64,000 nt of DNA, from contig DATASF010000106.1 in the NCBI GenBank assembly GCA_036269335.1, positions 9,708-73,707 on the forward strand, read 5' to 3'. Below are positions 57,119 to 64,000 of this stretch, in pieces. Source of the stretch: Casimicrobiaceae bacterium. GTDB lineage: Bacteria; Pseudomonadota; Gammaproteobacteria; Burkholderiales; Casimicrobiaceae. Under the pieces are notes generated by a model, which saw only the letters and a program-made list of their open reading frames with translations, was not told the DNA's origin and searched no databases. Numbering within the stretch: position 1 is the stretch's first letter; every line of letters begins with the position of its first letter. A program made the position numbers and the translations under genes.

Positions 57119-58576
57119 CTATTTGGCCAGCGCGACGAGCCCGGCCATGTCGATCTGCTTGATCGCGCCCTGCAGCGTCGCGGCATCGACGCCGTTGCCG
57201 CGCACCGCGACATTGAAACGTTCGGCCAGGATGATGCTGATCTCGCCGTTCTTCGCGCGGCGATCGTAGCGCTCGTGGACGATCTGGCCGTTGACCTTGC
57301 TGGTCCGTTCGTAACCGGTCTCGGTTTCCTTTTCCATGCTGGGATCGAAGCGGGATGCGAGGCCGGCCAACCCCGCAAGCGAGCCCATGTCGGAAATGTC
57401 GACGTTCAGCGACGCGCCGGACCCGTCGGTATAGCGCGCCGTCGCGCTCGAGCCCTTGATGCCCATCGCCTCGCCGCTCTGTCCGGTGGCATCGACGCGT
57501 TTCATGCCGGCCAAGGTCTCGGGCAGCATTTCTCTGAGCTTGCGGAAGTCGACGGGCTCGACGTCTTTCCCGCCTGAAACGATCGCGCCGACGGCGTTCA
57601 ACGCGGCGGTCATGTCGGCGGCCGCCTTGGGATCCGGTGCGCCGCGATGGTTTGCCTTTTGCGCGTCTTCGCCGATCTTCTGCAGTTGCGACAAGGCCTC
57701 GCTGACGCGAGCCTTGTCGGCGTCGGACTTGCCGCCGAATATGCCGGCGATCACGCCGCCGGCGTCCGTCGTCACGCCGCTGTCGGCGGTACCAAGCGGG
57801 CTCATCGCGCCGATCCCGGCCAGGCCCAGGCCGGTGACAGCGCAGGTGCTCAACACCCCTATGGCCACCGAGACGACGATCGCGCACAGGATCAGAACGA
57901 TCGTGTAGCCGAGCGATTTCTCTTGCGGACAGCGCATCAGCACCGGCAAGCCCAGATAGAGCAGGTACAAGCCGTAGCATCCGGCCAGCAGCGCGAGCAC
58001 GCCCAGCGCCGGAACGAGCTGCAGGACGCCGGCGACCCACGCCGGCGTGTAGCTGTACGCCGTCAGCTTGAGCGCGCGCAGCGGGTCGCGCTGTCCGTCG
58101 AAGGTCGGCGCCAGCACGTCGACCAGCCAGGCGATCACGAACACGCTGACGAACGACAGGAGATAGCCGAGGATAGCCTCGCCCAGCCCGGCGACGATGC
58201 CAATCCGCATGTGGCCGAGCAGCGGAACGTTGTACCCGATGACCGTGTGGCCGATCAACGCGGCGACGACGCCGATCGCAGCCAGCGGCGCGACGTAGCG
58301 ACCATAAATCGCGCCGGCAGCCGAAGGCTCGGCGGCGATCACCGGCCAGGTCGCCGACGGCATCAGCAGGATCGCTTTGACTCGCGCAAACACGCCGGTG
58401 GCGGTCGCGCCGGCATCGCCCATCAGGGGTTCCGGCTGCGGCGCGGGGTCCGCGGTTACCTCGGATTCGCTCGTCGGCTTTGCGACGTTGCGCACCACCG
58501 GCACCACCGGGGCGCCGCAATGCGGGCAGAATTTCATCCCTTCGGCGACGAGCTGGCCGCACTGCGCACAAAACAT
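57119..58576 (-). CDS. Zinc-ribbon / Yip1-like multi-pass membrane protein with a soluble C-terminal domain
   Basis: N-terminus MFCAQCGQLVAEGMKFCPHCG (CxxC...CxxC). Then about five hydrophobic helices with a Yip1-like layout, then a ~200-aa hydrophilic C-terminal region. 485 aa. The 513-aa ORF in another frame is R-rich shadow sequence. Confidence 0.72.
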   Translation of the reverse strand: MFCAQCGQLVAEGMKFCPHCGAPVVPVVRNVAKPTSESEVTADPAPQPEPLMGDAGATATGVFARVKAILLMPSATWPVIAAEPSAAGAIYGRYVAPLAAIGVVAALIGHTVIGYNVPLLGHMRIGIVAGLGEAILGYLLSFVSVFVIAWLVDVLAPTFDGQRDPLRALKLTAYSYTPAWVAGVLQLVPALGVLALLAGCYGLYLLYLGLPVLMRCPQEKSLGYTIVLILCAIVVSVAIGVLSTCAVTGLGLAGIGAMSPLGTADSGVTTDAGGVIAGIFGGKSDADKARVSEALSQLQKIGEDAQKANHRGAPDPKAAADMTAALNAVGAIVSGGKDVEPVDFRKLREMLPETLAGMKRVDATGQSGEAMGIKGSSATARYTDGSGASLNVDISDMGSLAGLAGLASRFDPSMEKETETGYERTSKVNGQIVHERYDRRAKNGEISIILAERFNVAVRGNGVDAATLQGAIKQIDMAGLVALAK

Positions 58577-58966
58577 CGATCTCTCCGGCGCTTCAGGTGG
58601 ACGCGATTGTGCGCCGGCTCGCGGGGCCCTTCAATGCGCGCAAGCCCGACGTTACTGACGGCAGGCGGCACAACACGGCGATGGCGTCGTACTGCACAAG
58701 AGCGAATCGGCAAGCGAGCAAAAACTTACAGGTGTGAGCGGTCACTTTCAATTTGCCGCAATGGCGCAAACGCTAGCGTCGCCATCCGGCGACAAAGCCC
58801 GCCCAATGCGGGCTGCCAAAGGGGTCCGATGTATCGCACACGCCCAATCTCGGTACGATATTTGCATCGCAAGTCGAGCGTATGATGGCAACCCCGACGC
58901 CCGGGATCCGCGGCGCCTTGGATAGCGCGCGGAAGAACGCGCAGGCGATCGAAACGGAGGGAAGTG

Positions 58967-59233
58967 ATGACGCGTTTCGGCTTCAACATTCGCACGCGCA
59001 GCGGTCAGCGCGTGGACAACATCTGCATCATGGCGGCGAATCGCGAAGACGCGGAACGCCGGCTGCGGCAGATGTACCATCACTGCCAGGTCATCAGCTG
59101 CAACAGCGAGGCGGTCCGCCGCGGCGATCCGATGGACATCGAAGGTGTCATCAGCATCATCAGCAATACCGACGCAGCGATGGGCGTGCCGACGATCGCG
59201 CGCTCGATGCTACGCAAATCCGGCAGCCACTAA
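58967..59233 (+). CDS. Hypothetical small protein (88 aa)
   Basis: GGAGGG lies 6 nt before ATG 58967. The amino-acid composition is balanced and not shadow-like (MTRFGFNIRTRSGQRVDNICIMAANREDAERRLRQMYHHCQVISCNSE...). I recognise no family. Its 3' end overlaps the convergent ParA-like gene by 24 nt. Confidence 0.45.
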   Translation: MTRFGFNIRTRSGQRVDNICIMAANREDAERRLRQMYHHCQVISCNSEAVRRGDPMDIEGVISIISNTDAAMGVPTIARSMLRKSGSH

Positions 59234-59971
59234 CTCGTCCAGCAGTGCCTTGTAGTCGCGCGCACCGGCGCTTGCCGGCGCGTAGCGGAACACGTCGAGC
59301 TGTCGTGCCGGACTTTCCGCCAGGCTCACGTTTTCGGCAATCCTTGTCGCGCAAATCTCCTCGGGGCGGAAGGCCATCGCCATCAGGTCGGCGACTTCCG
59401 AGCTCATGTTGCGCCGCGCATCGAATCGCGTCAGCAGGTAGCGCCGCGGGAGCCGCGACTTGAACACCGGCTCCAGCGCATTGAGCGCGCGTTCGACCTG
59501 CTGAGCGCCCTGCAGCGCCAGGTAGTCGGCGGAAACGGGGACGATCACAAGATCGCAGGCGAAAATCGCGTTCAGCGACAGTACGCCCAACAACGGACAG
59601 CAGTCGATGACGACAGGCCCCGGGACGACGCCCGGTGCGCGCAGCGCCGTCCGCAGCCGCGTTACCACGTTGACCCCTTTACCCAGGATCGTGTCGAGCT
59701 TGGACAGGTCGAGGTGGCCCGGACAGACCATGACGCCGCTGGCGGCGATCTCGGTGACGTCGGCAAGCTGGCGTTGCCGCGTGAAAAACGAATAGACGGT
59801 ATCGTCGGCCAGCCGCGGCCGCACCCCGAATATGCCGGAAAGGTGCGCCTGCGGATCGAGATCTATGGCGAGCGGCCGCTGCTTCATCTGCGCCAGGCCG
59901 GCCAAAAGATTCAGCGCAGTCGTCGTCTTCCCGACGCCGCCCTTCTGGTTGAATACGGCAATGACGGTCAT
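59210..59971 (-). CDS. Orphan ParA/MinD-family P-loop ATPase
   Basis: ATG 59971 gives [27 protein letters not shown] (deviant Walker A with the signature Lys) and DLDPQAH. 253 aa. No ParB-like gene lies next to it. Confidence 0.85.
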   Translation of the reverse strand: MTVIAVFNQKGGVGKTTTALNLLAGLAQMKQRPLAIDLDPQAHLSGIFGVRPRLADDTVYSFFTRQRQLADVTEIAASGVMVCPGHLDLSKLDTILGKGVNVVTRLRTALRAPGVVPGPVVIDCCPLLGVLSLNAIFACDLVIVPVSADYLALQGAQQVERALNALEPVFKSRLPRRYLLTRFDARRNMSSEVADLMAMAFRPEEICATRIAENVSLAESPARQLDVFRYAPASAGARDYKALLDELVAAGFA

Positions 59972-60143
59972 TTGCGGACGCGTGTCGCGATCCAACAGTC
60001 TCCGAGACGATCGTCGGCGCGTCGCGCAGAGATCAGCGGTATGCACGCATTTTCGCATGTATCGCACAGGGCGTGCGACACGCATTGCTCCGTCGCGGCG
60101 CGGGATGCCGGCGCGCCGTGCAAAATGCGATAATTCCTGCCTG

Positions 60144-61514
60144 ATGCAATCGTCGCTGCAAATCGCCATTCTTGCCGCAGGACAGGGAAAGCGGATGCGT
60201 TCGGCGCTGCCCAAGGTGCTGCAGCCCCTCGGCGGCCGGCCGTTGCTCGCGCACGTGCTGTCGACGGCGCGCAAGCTCGAGCCGCGAGCCATTTGCGTCG
60301 TCGATTCCGGCGGCGAGGTGCGCGAGCGATTCGCCGACGCCGACTTGACGTGGGCGCGCCAGGATCCGCCGCGCGGCACCGGCGATGCATTGAAGTGCGC
60401 GCTGTCGGAATTGGCGCCGGACGGCGTGACGCTGGTGATGTTCGGCGCCGATCCGCTGGCACGGGCCGAGACCTTGCGTCAGGTCGCCGAGCGCGCGCAG
60501 CAAGGCATTCTTTCGCTGCTGACCGTCGAGCTCGACGCTCCCTCCGGATACGGACGGATCGTGCGCGGCGCCGACGGCAAGGTCGCGGCGATCGTCGAAC
60601 ACAAGGACGCAACAACGGAGCAGCGCGCGATCCGGGAGATCAACACCGGCATTATGGCGGCGCCGACCGCCGCGTTCGCGCGCTGGCTGCCTAGAATCGG
60701 CAATCGCAATGCCGGCGGCGAATATTATCTGACCGATGTGATCGCGCTGGCCGTGGCCGACGGCATCCCGGTCGAAACGACGCATCCGGCGAGCGCGGAC
60801 GAGACTCTGGGCATCAACAGCAAGCGCGACCTGGCGCAACTGGAGCGGATCTACCAGCGCGGGCAGGCCGATGCGCTCCTCGATGCCGGCGTGACGCTGG
60901 CCGACCCGGCGCGCATCGATGTGCGCGGAACGCTGGCCTGCGGCCGCGACGTGACGATCGACGTCGGCTGCATTTTCGAGGGCGACGTGGTGCTTGGCGA
61001 TGCGGTCAGCGTCGGCGCACACAGCATCCTCAGGGACGCGAAAGTCGGCGCGGCGACGGCGATCGCGCCGTATTCCCACATCGATGGGGCCGACATCGGA
61101 GCGCGCTGCCGCATCGGACCGTACGCGCGCATCCGGCCCGATACGACATTGGCGGACGAGGTCCACATCGGCAACTTCGTCGAGGTGAAGGCCAGCGTCG
61201 TCGGCGAGCGCAGCAAGGCGAATCACCTGGCCTATGTCGGCGACACGAGCGTCGGCCGCGACGTCAACATCGGTGCCGGCACGATCACCTGCAACTATGA
61301 CGGCGCGAACAAGCACCGCACGGTGATCGAGGACGACGTCCACATCGGTTCCGACACGCAGCTGGTGGCGCCTGTCACCATCGGCCGCGGTGCGACCATA
61401 GGCGCCGGCACGACGATATGGCGCGACGTCGAAGCCGGCGTCCTCGCAATCAACGAGAAAACCCAGACCAGCAAAGCGGGCTACCAGCGCCCGCGGAAGA
61501 AAGCCAAGGACTAG
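60144..61514 (+). CDS. glmU: Bifunctional UDP-N-acetylglucosamine pyrophosphorylase / glucosamine-1-phosphate N-acetyltransferase
   Basis: ATG 60144 gives [31 protein letters not shown]. The C-terminal half has left-handed beta-helix hexapeptide repeats. 456 aa. Confidence 0.95.
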   Translation: MQSSLQIAILAAGQGKRMRSALPKVLQPLGGRPLLAHVLSTARKLEPRAICVVDSGGEVRERFADADLTWARQDPPRGTGDALKCALSELAPDGVTLVMFGADPLARAETLRQVAERAQQGILSLLTVELDAPSGYGRIVRGADGKVAAIVEHKDATTEQRAIREINTGIMAAPTAAFARWLPRIGNRNAGGEYYLTDVIALAVADGIPVETTHPASADETLGINSKRDLAQLERIYQRGQADALLDAGVTLADPARIDVRGTLACGRDVTIDVGCIFEGDVVLGDAVSVGAHSILRDAKVGAATAIAPYSHIDGADIGARCRIGPYARIRPDTTLADEVHIGNFVEVKASVVGERSKANHLAYVGDTSVGRDVNIGAGTITCNYDGANKHRTVIEDDVHIGSDTQLVAPVTIGRGATIGAGTTIWRDVEAGVLAINEKTQTSKAGYQRPRKKAKD

Positions 61515-61518
61515 AAAA

Positions 61519-63333
61519 ATGTGCGGCATCGTCGGCGCGGTCGCGCGCGATAACGTCGTTCCAATCCTGATCGAGGGCATCCGCCGGCTCGAGTACCGGG
61601 GGTACGACTCCACCGGGCTCGCGGTCATCAACGGCGGCCTGCATCGGCTGGTCAGCACGGCGCGCGTCGCGGATCTCGCGGCGCAGGCGAACGCGACGCA
61701 CATCTCCGGCAACACCGGCATCTCGCATACGCGGTGGGCGACGCACGGCGCGCCGACCTCCGCCAACGCGCACCCGCACATCAGCAGCGGCGAAATCGCG
61801 GTCGTGCACAACGGGATCATCGAGAACTTCGAGCCGCTGCGCGCACGGCTGCAGCAGCAGGGATACGCGTTCGTCACCCAGACCGACACCGAGGTCATCG
61901 CGCACCTGATCCACGCGCATTACGACGGCGACCTGCTGGCTGCCGTGACCAAGGCGGTCGCCGAGTTTCAGGGCGCGTACGCGATCGCCGCGATGACCAC
62001 GCGCGAGCCGGGTCGCGTCGTCGGCGCCCGCGCCGGCTCTCCGCTGCTGGTCGGCGTCGGCGAGCGCGATCACTTCCTGGCGTCGGACGCGAGCGCACTG
62101 GCGCCGGTGACCCGGCGCGTCGTCTATCTCGAGGAAGGCGACATCGCCGACATCGGACGCGAGGGCTACGCGATCTTCGATGCCGCCGGCGTGCGCGTCG
62201 CGCGCGACGTGGTGACGGTCAAGACCTCGGGGGATGCGGTCGAGCTCGGCCCATACAGCCATTTCATGCAGAAGGAGATCTTCGAGCAACCGCGCGCGAT
62301 CTCCGACACGCTGGAGAGCGTCGGTGGCATCGGGCCCGAGCTGTTCGGGGCCGCGGCAGCCGAGGTCTTCGCCGGCGTCAACGAGGTGCGCGTGCTCGCC
62401 TGCGGCACCAGCTACTACTCGGGCATGGTCGGCAAGCTGTGGCTCGAGGCCGTTGCCGGTATCCCGGCACAGGCCGAAATCGCCAGCGAATACCGCTATC
62501 GCGACAGCGTGCCGAATCCCGACGCGCTGGTCGTCGTCATTTCGCAATCGGGCGAGACGGCGGACACCTTGTCGGCGCTGAAGCACGCCAAAGCGCTCGG
62601 GCATCGCCACACGCTGGCCATCTGCAACGCCCCGACGAGCTCGATGGTGCGTCAGACCGCGCTCACCTACCTGACCCGCGCGGGCGTCGAGATCGGCGTC
62701 GCCTCGACCAAGGCGTTCACCACGCAGCTGACGGCGTTGTTCCTGCTGACACTGACGCTGGCCAAGCAGCGCGGGCGGCTCGACGCCGCGCAGGAAGCGC
62801 GCTGGCTGCAATCGCTGCGCCATCTGCCGGCGGCAATCCAGGCGGTGCTCGCGCTCGAGCCGTCGATCATCGCCTGGGCCGAACGTTTCGCCAAAAAGGA
62901 AAACGCGCTTTTTCTCGGGCGCGGCCTGCACTATCCGATTGCGCTGGAAGGCGCGCTGAAGCTGAAGGAAATCTCGTACATCCACGGCGAGGCCTATCCG
63001 GCCGGCGAGCTGAAGCACGGCCCGCTGGCGCTGGTCGACGCCAACATGCCGGTCGTTGCGATCGCGCCGAACGACGCGCTCTTGGAAAAGCTCAAGTCGA
63101 ACCTGCAGGAAGTGCGCGCTCGCGGCGGCGAGCTCTACGTGGTCGCCGACGCCGACAGCCACATTCCGTCGAGCGATGGCATTCACGTCCTGCGCCTGCC
63201 CGAGCATGCCGGACTGCTATCGCCGATAGTGCATACGATTCCGCTTCAGCTCCTCGCTTACCACACGGCCGTGCTGCGCGGCACCGACGTCGACAAGCCG
63301 CGGAACCTCGCGAAGTCGGTGACGGTGGAGTGA
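61519..63333 (+). CDS. glmS: Glutamine--fructose-6-phosphate aminotransferase
   Basis: MCGIVGAV (N-terminal catalytic Cys), SIS domains, and the C-terminal KSVTVE. 604 aa. Confidence 0.97.
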   Translation: MCGIVGAVARDNVVPILIEGIRRLEYRGYDSTGLAVINGGLHRLVSTARVADLAAQANATHISGNTGISHTRWATHGAPTSANAHPHISSGEIAVVHNGIIENFEPLRARLQQQGYAFVTQTDTEVIAHLIHAHYDGDLLAAVTKAVAEFQGAYAIAAMTTREPGRVVGARAGSPLLVGVGERDHFLASDASALAPVTRRVVYLEEGDIADIGREGYAIFDAAGVRVARDVVTVKTSGDAVELGPYSHFMQKEIFEQPRAISDTLESVGGIGPELFGAAAAEVFAGVNEVRVLACGTSYYSGMVGKLWLEAVAGIPAQAEIASEYRYRDSVPNPDALVVVISQSGETADTLSALKHAKALGHRHTLAICNAPTSSMVRQTALTYLTRAGVEIGVASTKAFTTQLTALFLLTLTLAKQRGRLDAAQEARWLQSLRHLPAAIQAVLALEPSIIAWAERFAKKENALFLGRGLHYPIALEGALKLKEISYIHGEAYPAGELKHGPLALVDANMPVVAIAPNDALLEKLKSNLQEVRARGGELYVVADADSHIPSSDGIHVLRLPEHAGLLSPIVHTIPLQLLAYHTAVLRGTDVDKPRNLAKSVTVE

Positions 63334-63355
63334 GAAACGCCGGCCGCAGTCGGCG

Positions 63356-63703
63356 ATGAAGCTTCGCACCGAGTTTCGCTTGCGCATCCGCCGCGGCGAC
63401 GACATCGCCGTCGGACCGGGCAAGATCGACCTGCTCGAGGCGATCGACGCGACCGGATCGATCACTGCGGCGGCGCGCTCGCTCGGCATGTCGTACCGCC
63501 GCGCGTGGCTTCTGGTCGACACGATGAATCGGTGCTTCCGGAGCCCGCTGGTCGCGGCGGAAGCCGGCGGCAGGCGCGGCGGCGGCGCCCGCCTGACACC
63601 GCTCGGCGGCGAAGTGGTCGAGCGCTACCGCCGGATAGAGCGGCGCGCCGCGCGCTCCGGCGCGGCAGACATCCGCGCACTGATGCGAAAGCTCGCCGGC
63701 TAG
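63356..63703 (+). CDS. ModE N-terminal-like winged-helix regulator (no Mop/TOBE domains)
   Basis: 115 aa, GPGKIDLLEAIDATGSITAAARSLGMSYRRAWLLVDTMN. Adjacent to a molybdate-transporter ATPase tail. Confidence 0.8.
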   Translation: MKLRTEFRLRIRRGDDIAVGPGKIDLLEAIDATGSITAAARSLGMSYRRAWLLVDTMNRCFRSPLVAAEAGGRRGGGARLTPLGGEVVERYRRIERRAARSGAADIRALMRKLAG

Positions 63704-63708
63704 TAACG

Positions 63709-64000
63709 CTAGGCGTAACCGACGCTGCGCCGGTCGAGCGATACGGCCTTGATCAAAGCATGCACCTGCTGGCCTTCGCGCAACGCGAGCTCGTGCACCG
63801 AGCGGCGGGTGATGCGTGCGGTCAGCGGCGCCTGTCCCACGCGCAGCTGCACGTCGACGATCGGGCCCTCTTCGGCGGTGATCGCAGCCACCGTCGCCGG
63901 CAGCACGTTGAGCACGCTCAAGCCCGCCGGACGCGCGAGTGCGAGCGAAACGTCGCGGGCGCGAATGCGGACCCGGACCCTTTCTCCGATCAGCGCCTCG
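63709..64000 (-). CDS. modC: C-terminal TOBE domain of an ABC transporter ATPase, probably molybdate ModC (N-terminal part outside the window)
   Basis: The reverse frame is open to the window edge: ...RVRVRIRARDVSLALARPAGLSVLNVLPATVAAITAEEGPIVDVQLRVGQAPLTARITRRSVHELALREGQQVHALIKAVSL. This is a TOBE-like pattern. The track lists only the part from an internal start. Confidence 0.7.
   Translation of the reverse strand, partial: EALIGERVRVRIRARDVSLALARPAGLSVLNVLPATVAAITAEEGPIVDVQLRVGQAPLTARITRRSVHELALREGQQVHALIKAVSLDRRSVGYA

Noticed and set aside
57030-58571. 513-aa minus-strand ORF in an alternative frame of the Yip1-like gene
   Set aside because: It is R/G/D-rich with no hydrophobic segments. 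The 485-aa frame gives a coherent zinc-ribbon plus multi-TM protein with an ATG start.
58726-59083. Short ORFs in the 58.6-59.0 kb gap (63-111 aa on both strands)
   Set aside because: They are mutually overlapping and lack ribosome-binding sites. Their translations are R/A-rich or interrupted-looking. Only the 88-aa ORF starting at 58967 has a credible RBS and composition.

Overview
This is a visibly GC-rich chromosomal window (exact GC not computed) covering the replication-origin neighbourhood of a proteobacterial chromosome. The rsmB-DUF4390-NtrY/NtrX arrangement suggests a betaproteobacterium, but that is inference only. The core is gyrB-dnaN-dnaA on the minus strand, diverging from rpmH-rnpA-yidD-yidC-mnmE on the plus strand. 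Further right lie mnmG-rsmG-parA-parB, the complete atpIBEFHAGDC operon and glmU-glmS. The left third carries housekeeping genes: a TPR protein, mutM, coaD, rsmD, ftsY, rpoH, kup, an NtrY/NtrX-like two-component pair, rsmB, htpX, fmt, def, a LysM protein, dprA and topB. I recognised 58 protein-coding genes. Two were not usable from the ORF track: rpmH (44 aa, below the track cutoff) and an edge-truncated TPR gene at nt 1-1671. Because of the GC content, the track is dominated by long R/A/G/P-rich shadow ORFs, which I rejected. I saw no rRNA, tRNA, CRISPR array, transposase or integrase. Non-coding signals include a perfect DnaA box, two adjacent parS-like sites, sigma70-like promoters, hairpin terminators and paired LacI-type operator-like sites. 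The most unusual content sits in small blocks wedged between conserved origin-region genes. (1) An S8 subtilase with two tandem unassigned C-terminal repeats lies directly behind gyrB, next to a short atypical formyltransferase behind topB. (2) An Asp-box beta-propeller gene is paired with a MoaD/ThiS-like GG-ending protein between parB and atpI. (3) An orphan ParA-like ATPase, a convergent overlapping 88-aa ORF and a 390-nt non-coding stretch lie just upstream of glmU. Also notable are a solitary dynamin-like GTPase with no obvious hydrophobic segment, an NtrX-like regulator with a degenerate AAA+ core, and Kup sitting where E. coli has trkA next to rsmB. All functional calls rest on recognising protein motifs by eye. 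No database search was run.
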